Shown here: positions 7,821 to 17,743 of the stretch, in pieces
Layout: each line of letters starts with the position of its first letter
How positions within the stretch are numbered: the stretch's first letter is position 1
Notes under the pieces: model-generated
Told to the model about the DNA's origin: nothing
Databases searched by the model: none
The model's input: the letters and a program-made list of their open reading frames with translations, nothing else
Source of the DNA: Klebsiella phage phi_KPN_H2
Reading direction: 5' to 3' (one strand)
Sequence record: OQ267593.1
Length of the DNA: 60,324 nucleotides
Made by a program: the position numbers and the translations under genes

Positions 7821-9584
7821 ATGATTAAATTCACTGGTAACATTCACAAGTACCCGCGCTGGCGGGACGCTTACGCAGAGGACGAACGGATCTGGCGCAA
7901 GGGTGAACAACGACCTGATTACCGTCAGTGTTACCTTGACCGTATCAACCTGTTAAACCGTATGCGCACGGATCGGGCGATTGTCCCGATACTGAAAAAA
8001 TATTATGAAACTAACCCGGTGGCGTTCATCCTCGACTGGGCGTTTACTTATGACCCGCGTAACGTTGGTACGGAATACCCGCCGAATATGCCGTTCTGCC
8101 TATTTGAGCGCCAGATCGATATGATTCAGTTCGTTTATGAAGCGCTCGAAGATAAGGAGAAAGGGTTATGGGAAAAATCCCGCGACTATGGCGCAACGTG
8201 GGTAGCCTGTGGTTTATCCGTGTGGGCCTGGCTTTATCGTCCTGGTTCGTCGGTAGGTTGGGGATCGCGTAAAGAAACACTGGTCGATAAACTGGGGGAT
8301 CCTGACAGCATATTTGAAAAAATCAGGCAGATTATCCGCGCTTTACCACCTGAATTACGCCCGGTTGGATACCGTGAAAAAGATCACCTGACGTTCATGA
8401 AATGTATTAACCCGGAAAACGGATCGACGATAACTGGTGAGGCAGGGGATAATATTGGGCGCGGTGGTCGTAAGTCGATTTATTTTCTGGATGAGGCTGC
8501 ACACGTTGATCGCCCTGAACTGATCGAAGCATCGTTATCAGCTAACACCAACGTTCGTATCGATATCAGTTCTGTTAATGGTGTCGGTAACGTTTTTTAC
8601 CGTAATCGTAAAGCAGGTCTGGAATGGGAACCAGGTAAAAAGATCCCCCGTGGTAAATTGCGTGTCATGGTTCTGGACTGGCGCGATCACCCGGCGAAAA
8701 ATGATGAATGGTACGAACGGGAAAAGAAATCATTTGCTGAAAAAGGTCTGCAACATATTTTCGCACAGGAAGTTGACCGCGATTACGCCGCAGCAGTTCA
8801 GGGCGTGCTGATTAAAGCTGACTGGGTGCGTGCTGCGTTTGATGCGTTCCGCGATGTGGAATGGCGTAAAGCAAATGGTCTGCTCACTCCACACGGTAAA
8901 CGTGTTGCCGGACAGGATGCCGCAGATGGCGGTGAAGATGCGAGCGCCCTGGCGATAATGCACGGCGTATTTATAACCTACCTGCAGCTTGACCACCGTA
9001 GCGCGGAACTGGCAGCACCTGGAATGCTGCTTAACGCGAACGTGCAACAGTGCGATGAATACTGGTATGAATCGATCGGTGTCGGTACAGGCGTAAAAGT
9101 AGCGGCGCACAATATGAAGTCAACGTTGCGGTTCACGGCTAAACCCTGGGTGCCAAACGCTAAAGTTGTGGATCCGTTGGGCGATATCATCGCAGGTACG
9201 AAGCCGGGCGATAAGGATCGAAAATGTAACCGGGATTATTTCCGTGATTATAAGGCCCAGTCATCATGGGCGCTGCGTATGCGTTTTAAACGAATTTACG
9301 AATGGTACAGGGAAGGTAAACCGCAGGATCCTGATGAGATTATTCTCATAGACCCAGAAATGGAAAACGCGCAACGTCTGGAGGCAGAATTAAGTCAACC
9401 AACGTATTCAAGTAACGGTGCGGGTAAAATCGTAATTGATAAAGCACCAAACGGTACTAAATCACCAAACCTGTTCGACGCCGTTGTTATCGCATCATCG
9501 CCGAAACGCGTAATGGTTGAGGAAGAAGGATTTACCGGAAATGTAAACCCTATTGGAACACCAGAATACGGAAGTATTTTCTAA
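7821..9584 (+). CDS. terL: terminase large subunit
   Basis: 587 aa. Walker-B-like IYFLDEAAHV is followed by a C-terminal nuclease-like region. It is the first gene of the morphogenesis module. Confidence 0.75.
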   Translation: MIKFTGNIHKYPRWRDAYAEDERIWRKGEQRPDYRQCYLDRINLLNRMRTDRAIVPILKKYYETNPVAFILDWAFTYDPRNVGTEYPPNMPFCLFERQIDMIQFVYEALEDKEKGLWEKSRDYGATWVACGLSVWAWLYRPGSSVGWGSRKETLVDKLGDPDSIFEKIRQIIRALPPELRPVGYREKDHLTFMKCINPENGSTITGEAGDNIGRGGRKSIYFLDEAAHVDRPELIEASLSANTNVRIDISSVNGVGNVFYRNRKAGLEWEPGKKIPRGKLRVMVLDWRDHPAKNDEWYEREKKSFAEKGLQHIFAQEVDRDYAAAVQGVLIKADWVRAAFDAFRDVEWRKANGLLTPHGKRVAGQDAADGGEDASALAIMHGVFITYLQLDHRSAELAAPGMLLNANVQQCDEYWYESIGVGTGVKVAAHNMKSTLRFTAKPWVPNAKVVDPLGDIIAGTKPGDKDRKCNRDYFRDYKAQSSWALRMRFKRIYEWYREGKPQDPDEIILIDPEMENAQRLEAELSQPTYSSNGAGKIVIDKAPNGTKSPNLFDAVVIASSPKRVMVEEEGFTGNVNPIGTPEYGSIF

Positions 9585-9589
9585 TGAAC

Positions 9590-9616
9590 AACCCCGGTTT
9601 ACTCCGGGGTTTTTTC
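9590..9616 (+). terminator. rho-independent terminator after terL
   Basis: AACCCCGG-TTTACT-CCGGGGTT followed by TTTTTT. Confidence 0.65.
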
Positions 9617-9768
9617 GTTGCGGTAAACATCTGCGCAACCATATTTGTTATCAGGATGGTAAACCTGTTCAACTTTCAACGACGCCTGACATTCGTCCCA
9701 AGTAAGAACGTTATCATTAACAGGTTCAATCATCGACCCGTTAAGAATGATCACTAAGACGTATCCGA

Positions 9769-10095
9769 TCAGCATTTGCGCAATGTCTCCCGCCAGTCCA
9801 GACCGTGAAGGTTTACAGATCCGAGAAAAAGATGACTGGAACTTTGTAACCAGACGTCATTTTTCATTTCTGGTTCCCGCAGGTAAGAAAACACACTACC
9901 GTTTCGATCTGTTGCAATAAAACCGTGACTTTTTGGAACCATTAAAACAGTACCAAAATAATTAACCGCTTTATGTTCTGCGATTGATTCAAACGTCATT
10001 TTACAGTCCGGCGCTTCCTCGTGGATATCCCACGATTTACCGCAATACGAGCACTGATATTCGTCATTACAGCGAATAGCGTTTACATGGTTCAT
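9769..10095 (-). CDS. zinc-finger protein (CxxC...C)
   Basis: 108-aa ORF in the leftward cassette inside the structural module. Confidence 0.5.
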   Translation of the reverse strand: MNHVNAIRCNDEYQCSYCGKSWDIHEEAPDCKMTFESIAEHKAVNYFGTVLMVPKSHGFIATDRNGSVFSYLREPEMKNDVWLQSSSHLFLGSVNLHGLDWRETLRKC

Positions 10096-10400
10096 TATTC
10101 AACCTCTCTGATTTTTTCACCTATGATTTGTTTCAAACGGGTCAGACGACGGCACTGATTGATAAATGCACCATTTGACCACGGTTGACTAAAACGACCA
10201 GTTGACACAGGATTCATAAGACCGGGAATTATTACTGAAGCGTCTGCTAAAACTCGTTCACCATCCATTGATATTTCAACGTTAAGGCCATTATCAGGGT
10301 TGAACATTTGACAACCAGTTTCAACACCTGTACCCATGTAATGAGCCATACACGTCATACCCTGGACAGTCAGAAGTTGTTTGTACTGTTCGTAAGTCAT
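10095..10400 (-). CDS. hypothetical protein
   Basis: Track ORF 10095..10445 (GTG start). The Met at 10400 has a GGAG SD and forms an ATGA overlap with the upstream gene. Confidence 0.45.
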   Translation of the reverse strand: MTYEQYKQLLTVQGMTCMAHYMGTGVETGCQMFNPDNGLNVEISMDGERVLADASVIIPGLMNPVSTGRFSQPWSNGAFINQCRRLTRLKQIIGEKIREVE

Positions 10401-10708
10401 TCTACAGTCTCCGGTACAAACCATTGTGAAGCGAGGTAAGCGCACCCAGCGATCTTGTGCTCGTGTTTCGGTTCGAAACTAGCCAGAATCACTTTGATAT
10501 GTTTGTGGGCGTCTTTGAAATTTACACCTTTTACTGCAACAGCGTAATTTTCCAGACCATTGTAAAACCATTTGCTAATCCATCTGTTCCACGGGTTAGA
10601 GTCTTTGAAAAACTCTTCTGGGATACTACCCATTGCCGGGAGAAATTTAGCAAGGTTTTTAGGACCAAAAACGATATTACCAGAGGTGATGTTTTCAATC
10701 GGTTTCAT
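10397..10708 (-). CDS. hypothetical protein
   Basis: AGGAG SD lies upstream. The conserved promoter at 10759-10780 is immediately upstream. Confidence 0.55.
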   Translation of the reverse strand: MKPIENITSGNIVFGPKNLAKFLPAMGSIPEEFFKDSNPWNRWISKWFYNGLENYAVAVKGVNFKDAHKHIKVILASFEPKHEHKIAGCAYLASQWFVPETVE

Positions 10709-10744
10709 CTTTTACTACTCCTGTTCAGTTCATGCACAAACTAT

Positions 10745-10780
10745 AACCGCACATCTGCAATCCGTCAAGAATTATTTTAA
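10745..10780 (-). promoter_or_regulatory. conserved promoter element copy 4 (minus orientation)
   Basis: Drives the leftward cassette 10708 to 9769. Confidence 0.6.
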
Positions 10781-10830
10781 CCCCGTGCAAAACTAACCTG
10801 TCTGATATAACATACGTTAAGAATAAACCC

Positions 10831-12201
10831 GTGGAGCCTGTGAAGATGGCAGATGACCAATTTGAACAACTAGCCGTTGCCGGATACAGTCGCACAGGCA
10901 ACCAGGTTAACGATGACTTTTTACCTAAACTCAACGGTAAACAGGGTCGTCGTATCCTTCGCCAGATGGCGGAGAACGATGAAACGATTGGTGGTGTATT
11001 GTTCGCCATGAACAGCGTTTACCGTTCCGTACAGTGGATTTTTGACCCATCAGACAAGAACGATCCGCAAGCTGTTAAATACGCTGAATGGCTGCAAAAC
11101 ACCATTGAAAACCAGATGGGCGATCCGCAGGGTGCGTTACCTGATGACACCTGGTCAGCATTCGTTCAGACCTGGACCGACACCGATGTTTTCGGCTGGG
11201 GTTGGTATGACGTATGGGTTAAAGATTTACCAGATGGTTCCGTGGGTATCGCCCGTCTGGTTCCGGTTGCTGCTGAAACGCTCGACGGCTGGGAAATTGA
11301 AGAACCGACAGGTTATGTCACTGGTATTTACCAGCGTCAACCGTCAACCAATATCAGTAAACTGATCCCCCGGTCAAGATCGCTACACCTGATTTCATCA
11401 CCGAACAAAGGTAACCCGGAAGGTTTATCACTGCTGCGCACCGCCTATCGTCCGTGGTATTACAAAAAAGTACAGCTTGAGATCGAAGCAATTCTGGCAG
11501 AGCGCGGAACAGGTTTCCCGGTCATCACAGTTAATAGCGATATTAAAAATGCTGCGAACGATCTGACCATCCCGGAAGAAAAACGTAAAGCAGCACAGGC
11601 GATGATTGATAACTTTGAAACTATCGTTGCCAATATTAAGCGCAATGAACAGTCTGGTCTGGTTATTTACTCAAAACCCTATGTCAACGGCTTTGACAGT
11701 GAGACAGGCGTTACCACATATGGTGGTGAGCAACAGGTTAAACTGGAATTCCTGACCCCTGAACAGTCTAATGCCGTGGATATCGACCGGACAATCAAAC
11801 GTCTGGATACCAGTATTGCTCGTGCATTGCTGGCTGACTTCATGTTTTTTGGTACAGGTGGGAATACAGGCAACCAGGCAAATCTGGGAAGCCGTACAGA
11901 ACTGTGGATCCGTGCAATGCAGTCTCGCATTGACAGCAACGTTGAATGTATTAACCGCCAGTTAATCCCGCAACTGTGGACGTTAAACGCGTTCCCTTCA
12001 GAATACAAACCAACGTTACGTGCTGGCTCAATCAGTAAAGACAGTATCGAAACATTGACCACTGCGCTTACGCGTCTGGCACAGGCTGGTGCGCCAGTGT
12101 TCCCGGACCCTGTACTTCAGGAGTTCGTGTATAAAGAAGCTGGGTTGCCGACAGCGGGTATTGATAAAACAGGCGAAGGTTTACCGTCTATTGAAGATTA
12201 A
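10831..12201 (+). CDS. portal protein (putative)
   Basis: 456-aa acidic protein at the position of the next large morphogenesis gene after terL. No specific motif was recognised. Confidence 0.55.
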   Translation: MEPVKMADDQFEQLAVAGYSRTGNQVNDDFLPKLNGKQGRRILRQMAENDETIGGVLFAMNSVYRSVQWIFDPSDKNDPQAVKYAEWLQNTIENQMGDPQGALPDDTWSAFVQTWTDTDVFGWGWYDVWVKDLPDGSVGIARLVPVAAETLDGWEIEEPTGYVTGIYQRQPSTNISKLIPRSRSLHLISSPNKGNPEGLSLLRTAYRPWYYKKVQLEIEAILAERGTGFPVITVNSDIKNAANDLTIPEEKRKAAQAMIDNFETIVANIKRNEQSGLVIYSKPYVNGFDSETGVTTYGGEQQVKLEFLTPEQSNAVDIDRTIKRLDTSIARALLADFMFFGTGGNTGNQANLGSRTELWIRAMQSRIDSNVECINRQLIPQLWTLNAFPSEYKPTLRAGSISKDSIETLTTALTRLAQAGAPVFPDPVLQEFVYKEAGLPTAGIDKTGEGLPSIED

Positions 12202-12227
12202 ATAAAAAGGGGTCTATAGCAGACCCC
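12200..12227 (-). terminator. rho-independent terminator for the leftward membrane-protein cassette (hairpin GGGGTCT-ATAGC-AGACCCC with a T-run on the minus strand)
   Basis: The A-tract at 12201-12208 reads as TTTTTATT downstream of the stem on the minus strand. Confidence 0.55.
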
Positions 12228-12299
12228 AAATTACCAACGACCAGAACAGAATTAACATGATTGCTATCAGTAAATAAACTTTCTGGTTGTATGTCATAT

Positions 12300-12635
12300 C
12301 TACCCCACGTAGTTTGCAACGATTTGATCGCAGTCATCCGTGTTGCGGGCCAGTCGATAAATTTCAGAAGCAACCTGTGAACGATAATACATATCGACGT
12401 TATAATTATCATTCACGTAATTATAAGCCGCTTCATAACTACCGAACATTTTGTGATTGCTCACAACTTCTTTTTTCACCGAACCATTCATTAACCAGCC
12501 GATCAACAACAGCAACGCACCGATACCGGGACTGGTTAAAACAGCAATGAAGAACCAGGTTCCGGGGTTACGTCCGGTACGTTTAGCGAAGGCACCGACC
12601 AGAGCGCTAAACAGGATCCACAGGATTACGAACAT
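12300..12635 (-). CDS. membrane protein (two N-terminal TM helices plus a soluble C-terminal domain)
   Basis: Single-gene leftward cassette with its own conserved promoter (12684-12707) and terminator (12200-12227). Confidence 0.55.
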   Translation of the reverse strand: MFVILWILFSALVGAFAKRTGRNPGTWFFIAVLTSPGIGALLLLIGWLMNGSVKKEVVSNHKMFGSYEAAYNYVNDNYNVDMYYRSQVASEIYRLARNTDDCDQIVANYVG

Positions 12636-12683
12636 TTCAAACCTCCTTAATCAGGTATTGATTTAACAGTACACGTCCCTGTG

Positions 12684-12707
12684 TAATCCGTCAAGAATTA
12701 TTTTGAA
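12684..12707 (-). promoter_or_regulatory. conserved promoter element copy 5 (minus orientation)
   Basis: CCCTGTGTAATCCGTCAAGAATTATTTT is also shared with copy 1. Confidence 0.6.
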
Positions 12708-12958
12708 ACGTCAAATACGGGCGGAACACCCATCCCGGCCATTACGCGCCGTTGTTCGTACACCTGACGCAGTTTCTGCAACTGTTCTATACCGATATCA
12801 CAACCACGGATTATATCGTCGCAAAGATCAGTATAGCTTGCACCAGCTTGTGGCGTGGTTCGCGGATAGTCAACCAGCGACGGATCCGTAATGATGACCT
12901 TTGGGAGAAACGCCACCGTATCCCCAACGCCATTTTTCATAATCGTCATAAGTCGCAC
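12698..12958 (-). CDS. hypothetical protein
   Basis: 86-aa ORF. Confidence 0.4.
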   Translation of the reverse strand: MRLMTIMKNGVGDTVAFLPKVIITDPSLVDYPRTTPQAGASYTDLCDDIIRGCDIGIEQLQKLRQVYEQRRVMAGMGVPPVFDVSK

Positions 12959-13323
12959 CCGTGATAAAGTTCCTGACCTGGTTCAACTTTCGATCCGCAA
13001 CACTGGCAAACTAAACGCCACTCAAAACCGGGTGCTGCTTCAATTTTACGATAACCAGCATCATAAATACGCGCAGCATCTTCAAAAAATGTACCACGAC
13101 CGATCATACTTGCAATTTCATGGATAGCCGTTTCACGTTCGTCAGGTAGTGGTTTGAAATCATCGTCATTAACCACAAACGATTCAGAACCATCTTCAGG
13201 CTTAACCCACACTTCGTTACCGTTGACGCCCAGTACGTTAACAGTGGTCCATTCGTTGCCGTTGTTCCACTGGCAGACGATACCAACAGGTGGTAAACCT
13301 CTACCGTCCCATACTTGTTTCAT
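12946..13323 (-). CDS. hypothetical protein
   Basis: 125-aa ORF. Confidence 0.5.
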   Translation of the reverse strand: MKQVWDGRGLPPVGIVCQWNNGNEWTTVNVLGVNGNEVWVKPEDGSESFVVNDDDFKPLPDERETAIHEIASMIGRGTFFEDAARIYDAGYRKIEAAPGFEWRLVCQCCGSKVEPGQELYHGCDL

Positions 13324-13649
13324 AAGTTTTCCCCAATAATTGCAGCACAGTTAACGATCGCTAAACGGGTTGCTTTTTCACGATCTTCTCCGTGTGGAGT
13401 AAGTTGTTTATAGCGAACACCAGTATCTGGATTGTTCACTAAAACTGCATAGTCTCTAACATCTAAGTCTAAATACAGATGTACCATTAAACTGAAAGCA
13501 TCACCGTTATCAATAAGCGGGTTCCACAAACGACCACCGCCGATATCGATCCCTTCGTTTACGTCACGTTCACCATACGCGATGTAATACTTACCCGCGA
13601 TTTCACCAGCACGGGCCGCATTGATCAGCAATTCACGATTAGTCATCAT
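13320..13649 (-). CDS. hypothetical protein
   Basis: 109-aa ORF that overlaps the stop of the dUTPase gene. Confidence 0.5.
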   Translation of the reverse strand: MMTNRELLINAARAGEIAGKYYIAYGERDVNEGIDIGGGRLWNPLIDNGDAFSLMVHLYLDLDVRDYAVLVNNPDTGVRYKQLTPHGEDREKATRLAIVNCAAIIGENL

Positions 13650-14149
13650 TTACGCCCCGTTGATCCAAAACCGCCTTTACGTTGACTTTCCACGCCGGGT
13701 AACTGTTCCACTTCAACCACAGTTACAGGTTCAACGCGTTCTACCATCAGTTGACAGCAGCGTTCGCCATGTTCCAGCAAGAACACCTTGTGGGAATGGT
13801 TAACCAGGGTAATGAAGTATTCGCCAGGATAATCGCGGTCACCGACACCCACGCAGTTAATCAGCGTCATACCGTTTTTCAGGCTGAGGCCAGAACGAGG
13901 GTAAAATTTGATACAGTGATCAGCATCGACAGACATTTTCAGGCCAGTGGGGATCAGTGCGCGTTCGCCTGGGTAAATACCAATAATACCCTCAATGGGT
14001 TTTCGTTCCAGTTTAGCGCCTGCAGGCGGGTAGATTGTTACGGTTTCAGACCACAGGCACGCGCGAACATCCATCCCGGCGCTATCAGCCGTTTCCCGCG
14101 TTGGGATCACAGCCAGGTTAGTGAGTCGTTGAATGTAAAGATTAGACAT
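13646..14149 (-). CDS. dut: dUTP diphosphatase (dUTPase)
   Basis: Alignable with E. coli Dut: ..SAGMDVRA.., PTGL, RSGL, C-terminal ..RKGGFGSTGRK (Dut motif 5 GGFGSTG). Confidence 0.8.
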   Translation of the reverse strand: MSNLYIQRLTNLAVIPTRETADSAGMDVRACLWSETVTIYPPAGAKLERKPIEGIIGIYPGERALIPTGLKMSVDADHCIKFYPRSGLSLKNGMTLINCVGVGDRDYPGEYFITLVNHSHKVFLLEHGERCCQLMVERVEPVTVVEVEQLPGVESQRKGGFGSTGRK

Positions 14150-14200
14150 TGCTTGGTTCCTCGTTGTGTTTCGACACTTGCAATACTGCGTTCTGTAGTG

Positions 14201-14223
14201 TAATCTGTCAAGAATTATTTATA
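14201..14223 (-). promoter_or_regulatory. conserved promoter element copy 6 (minus orientation; TTGACA variant)
   Basis: TAATCTGTCAAGAATTATTTATAA immediately upstream of the dUTPase cassette. Confidence 0.55.
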
Positions 14224-14241
14224 ACCAACGAGGAACGAACG

Positions 14242-14820
14242 ATGAATCTTTTCGACTGGAGTAAAGCGCCTGACTGGGCAACCTGTGTTGTTATACGATC
14301 AACTAATAAATTTAGCACTGACTATCATTGGTCAGAAAAACCAATGGATGGTGCTCGCATGATGAGAATTGAAACAGGTACTAGTTTTTTAATGTCTAAA
14401 GTCTTATGGTGGACAGTAATTGAACATCGTCCTACACGGGTCAATGATATACCAGAGGGTGACATAATAACCACTGTGTATAAACCAATGTCACCTGTAG
14501 ACCTACATCTGTCACATTCATTTACCCCAGTAGAACAACCATCAACTGCACCAGAACTGTTGAATCAGGCCGCACAACTTCTGACCGAACGTGGTAAACA
14601 GTACGACAAATCAGGTGAAGAACGTTCAGCGGCTGCAATCGTCGCGGCGTTTAATGCGATCACTAAACGCGATTTAACACCAGGTGAAGGCTGGTTATTC
14701 ATGGTGCTATTAAAAGCAGTTCGTTTCTATTCAAATACTGAAACGCCACACCGTGACAGTCTGGAAGATATGATCGCCTATGTTGCGTTGCACGCTGAGG
14801 AATATCTGAATGATAAGTGA
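14242..14820 (+). CDS. hypothetical protein
   Basis: Start chosen at MNLFDWSK, which has an AGGAACGAACG SD. The track ORF 14149..14820 begins inside the divergent promoter region. Confidence 0.5.
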   Translation: MNLFDWSKAPDWATCVVIRSTNKFSTDYHWSEKPMDGARMMRIETGTSFLMSKVLWWTVIEHRPTRVNDIPEGDIITTVYKPMSPVDLHLSHSFTPVEQPSTAPELLNQAAQLLTERGKQYDKSGEERSAAAIVAAFNAITKRDLTPGEGWLFMVLLKAVRFYSNTETPHRDSLEDMIAYVALHAEEYLNDK

Positions 14821-15001
14821 GTTGCAGGCGTTTCACCTTATGGTAAAACACAGCATGATTATCATTCACTGTGACCGTGATAAATCGGTATTCACTGATG
14901 ACTTACAATATACGGAACAGTGGGTTAATGATTTCGATAAACCTAAAGCCACATGCCGTTTAATTGAACGTGTGGCGCGTGACCTGGGGGAACAGTTATG
15001 A
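14810..15001 (+). CDS. hypothetical protein
   Basis: 63-aa ORF overlapping its neighbours. Confidence 0.4.
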   Translation: MISELQAFHLMVKHSMIIIHCDRDKSVFTDDLQYTEQWVNDFDKPKATCRLIERVARDLGEQL

Positions 15002-15354
15002 AGGGTTTTCCAGGTGTATATTATAGTACCACTGGTTTTTCAGCAGGCGTTCATGTAAATCAAAAGAAATGTCATTTAGGGGTTTTTAAAACTCCAGAGC
15101 GTGCAAGTGTATCAGTGCGACTGTTTAAATACTGGTTAAGAAAAGGTTTTAAACCTGATGAAATCCCACGGTCATGTGTAACACCAATGAATCGTGAACC
15201 GGATTATAAACCAGTTGAAAATTATAAAATTTCAACGATCATTAAAAACAATGGTGAATATAAATTAGACACCATAGATCTATTAAATCTCGCAAGAGAA
15301 TTACAGTCACTAAGGGTTTATAAATATGGTCGGACAAAAGCGCTCAGATTCTGA
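14998..15354 (+). CDS. hypothetical protein
   Basis: 118-aa ORF. Confidence 0.45.
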   Translation: MKGFPGVYYSTTGFSAGVHVNQKKCHLGVFKTPERASVSVRLFKYWLRKGFKPDEIPRSCVTPMNREPDYKPVENYKISTIIKNNGEYKLDTIDLLNLARELQSLRVYKYGRTKALRF

Positions 15355-15477
15355 ATTACTTCGCGATCTGGAACTTGATTATGAACGTGCATTAGCAGCA
15401 GTAGAACACCTGGAAGAACAGATCAGGGAAGTGAAGAACCGTTTACAAGGGGTGACTAAACGTGAATTTCAGTCATA
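15325..15477 (+). CDS. small coiled-coil protein (50 aa)
   Basis: Protein-like heptad sequence, but it overlaps both neighbours. Confidence 0.25.
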
Positions 15478-15779
15478 ATTTAGAACGTTCTGCAGAATAT
15501 AGCGGTTATCCTGCAGATCATCCGAAAGTGATCGGTGTACATGAGTTTATCGATATAGTTGTAACATTGCAGTTGTGTATTGCGATGAATAAAGATAAAC
15601 CAAATACGGCGTTAAAACGTTGTGCACAGGTACTGAAACAACGAATGACAATGCCAAACACAATCAAAATGCTTGACGTTGTTCTTTCACAACCATTCCC
15701 ATCAGGCTATGTTGCCAAACTCCAGCGCCTGCTGATCGCAACCGATCGTGAAGTTGGTCAACGCATGATAAACCTGTGA
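15462..15779 (+). CDS. hypothetical protein
   Basis: 105-aa ORF with a GTG start. Followed by the terminator at 15786-15813. Confidence 0.45.
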   Translation: MNFSHNLERSAEYSGYPADHPKVIGVHEFIDIVVTLQLCIAMNKDKPNTALKRCAQVLKQRMTMPNTIKMLDVVLSQPFPSGYVAKLQRLLIATDREVGQRMINL

Positions 15780-15785
15780 TACAAT

Positions 15786-15813
15786 AAGCCTCAGTAACCA
15801 CGCTGAGGCTTTT
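15786..15813 (+). terminator. rho-independent terminator AGCCTCAG-TAACCACGC-TGAGGCTTTTCT
   Basis: 8-bp GC-rich stem followed by a T-run, between 15779 and 15816. Confidence 0.55.
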
Positions 15814-15815
15814 CT

Positions 15816-16769
15816 ATGAAAGACCCATACCCGGACATTGCTGATAAATATGACCTGCGGATCCGTGAAGCACTGAACCTCGTGTGGGAAAACGTGCGCC
15901 GTAGTGAGTCATTAGCTAACCTTGAGTACATTATTGAAACTCAGGGTGTTAGCGGGTTACTCCCCATTCTTGATACTCTTCCCGATGAGTTGAGCGCACA
16001 GTTACGGCCCGTTATCGAAAATGCGATAGCTGAATCAGGTCGTGTGGTCGTTCAGGTTTTGCCGAAAGCAGCGGTTACAGCACCCGTGGTTTTCAGCCTG
16101 GTTAATCCCCGTGTTGGTGCATACATCAATAACTACGTTGGACAGATGATCCGCGAAGTAAGCGATGAAACGGTAAAAGCGGTTCAGATTGCTGTCAATC
16201 AGGGTGTTATCACCGGGCGTAACCCGCGCCAGATTGCCCGTGATTTTCGTTCCAGTATCGGGTTAACCAGTCGCCAGGAACAAACTGTTCAACGGTTACG
16301 TGCTGCGCTTGAAAAAGGTGAAGCAGGCTATGTGAACAGTTTAACCACAGTTACTGACAGCGCAAAAAACGCTGTAAGCGCCGGGAAACTGTCTGAAAGC
16401 CAGATTGATAAGATTGTTGAACAAACCCGCTTACGCTACGTAAAACAACGCACAGAGACAATTGCACGTACTGAGTCATTACGTGCAACATCTGTTGGTC
16501 AGGATCTGGCAATTCGTGAAGGGCAGATCACCGGGGCTATCAGCAACGAACTGTTAAAGCGCTGGTTATATCGTCACGATACACGCACTCGTGATGCACA
16601 TATTAGCGCCGGGGAAACTAACGGGTGGATTCCAATGAACAGACCGTTTTCAACACCGTTAGGGCCGCTTATGTTCCCTCGTGACCCTAACGGAAGCGCA
16701 TCGAATACGATTAACTGCAGGTGCCGGGTACAGTACAGTTTGCCGGAAGATATCGGTTCACTGGGTTGA
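15816..16769 (+). CDS. head morphogenesis protein, Mu gpF / SPP1 gp7 family
   Basis: The C-terminal NCRCRV motif is typical of the Phage_Mu_F domain. Size and position fit. Confidence 0.65.
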   Translation: MKDPYPDIADKYDLRIREALNLVWENVRRSESLANLEYIIETQGVSGLLPILDTLPDELSAQLRPVIENAIAESGRVVVQVLPKAAVTAPVVFSLVNPRVGAYINNYVGQMIREVSDETVKAVQIAVNQGVITGRNPRQIARDFRSSIGLTSRQEQTVQRLRAALEKGEAGYVNSLTTVTDSAKNAVSAGKLSESQIDKIVEQTRLRYVKQRTETIARTESLRATSVGQDLAIREGQITGAISNELLKRWLYRHDTRTRDAHISAGETNGWIPMNRPFSTPLGPLMFPRDPNGSASNTINCRCRVQYSLPEDIGSLG

Positions 16770-17024
16770 ACAGGTACAGCGCCCGAACATAGCCAGACTG
16801 ATTGGAGACGGATCAGCAGGACTTGAGACAGAATCCGTGTGGTAAACAGTCCCGCGATAAATCACGCTGAAACCATTCTCTTTAATCAGCATGAGTTTTC
16901 CTGTTCGTGCAGTCATTCGAATACTGTTACCTGTTCGTTTCTCGATCACAAAATCAACTTTATCACCGACTTTCACAGGTGTTGGTTCACCCTGATAGCC
17001 GTTACATACGTTACAACGTTTCAT
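16758..17024 (-). CDS. hypothetical protein
   Basis: 88-aa ORF; last gene of leftward cassette 3. Confidence 0.4.
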   Translation of the reverse strand: MKRCNVCNGYQGEPTPVKVGDKVDFVIEKRTGNSIRMTARTGKLMLIKENGFSVIYRGTVYHTDSVSSPADPSPISLAMFGRCTCSTQ

Positions 17025-17263
17025 GGGCGCTTACCTCTGTAATTACGAACGGAAACGGCTTTTGTTTCATCAATTTCAATTTCCTGAATCTTTTTACCAG
17101 CATGTTCATCATAATTATCACGAAAGTCATCAGCCAGCGTTGAAACCGGATTGCTTTTCCGACCACCTGCTGCATGAAGAACATCATTTACCAAGTCGGG
17201 ATTTTCCTTAAAAATTACACCTTCTGTTTGACCACGATTCCACACGATTGTGTATTTGCTCAT
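17021..17263 (-). CDS. hypothetical protein
   Basis: Track ORF 17021..17386. Start moved to the Met that has an AGGA SD. Confidence 0.35.
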   Translation of the reverse strand: MSKYTIVWNRGQTEGVIFKENPDLVNDVLHAAGGRKSNPVSTLADDFRDNYDEHAGKKIQEIEIDETKAVSVRNYRGKRP

Positions 17264-17462
17264 TTTTAATTTCCTGAATAAGTTTGAAAGCATAGTCAGC
17301 CATTTTTCGATCGAACCACGGCTTCTGTGTTTTTGCGTAACGGTATGCATTATTGCCGTAAACAGAGTGCGCCCCGTAACTGCCAAACTGACATTTCGGA
17401 CACTCCACCCCCGTGTTAAATATCCACTCGCAAGAGGCGCATACGCGTAGTTTGGCAGTCAT
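17208..17462 (-). CDS. zinc-ribbon protein (CASCEW...CPKC)
   Basis: 84-aa ORF. Confidence 0.45.
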   Translation of the reverse strand: MTAKLRVCASCEWIFNTGVECPKCQFGSYGAHSVYGNNAYRYAKTQKPWFDRKMADYAFKLIQEIKNEQIHNRVESWSNRRCNF

Positions 17463-17467
17463 CAGCG

Positions 17468-17743
17468 TTACTCCTGCTTTTCACCACAGAACGGGCAATA
17501 AGACATTTTCACGTTAGTTTCTAATCGCGTGAAGTTCTTCGCCAGTTCGCCGTTTTTCTTCGGTGCACGATACGCCAGGCGATATTTCAGCATGACGTAC
17601 ATGTTCCCGGATGACAGCCCCAGACACTGGTTATCCCAGCCCACTTTGTCAAATATGTTGGTACTGACTTCTGCGCCCTGCGGCACTTTTTCCATCAGTC
17701 GTTGTTGAAGTTCGTCACCAAGTTTTTTCATGCATTCGCACAT
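17468..17743 (-). CDS. hypothetical protein (C-terminal CPFCG)
   Basis: 91-aa ORF. Confidence 0.45.
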   Translation of the reverse strand: MCECMKKLGDELQQRLMEKVPQGAEVSTNIFDKVGWDNQCLGLSSGNMYVMLKYRLAYRAPKKNGELAKNFTRLETNVKMSYCPFCGEKQE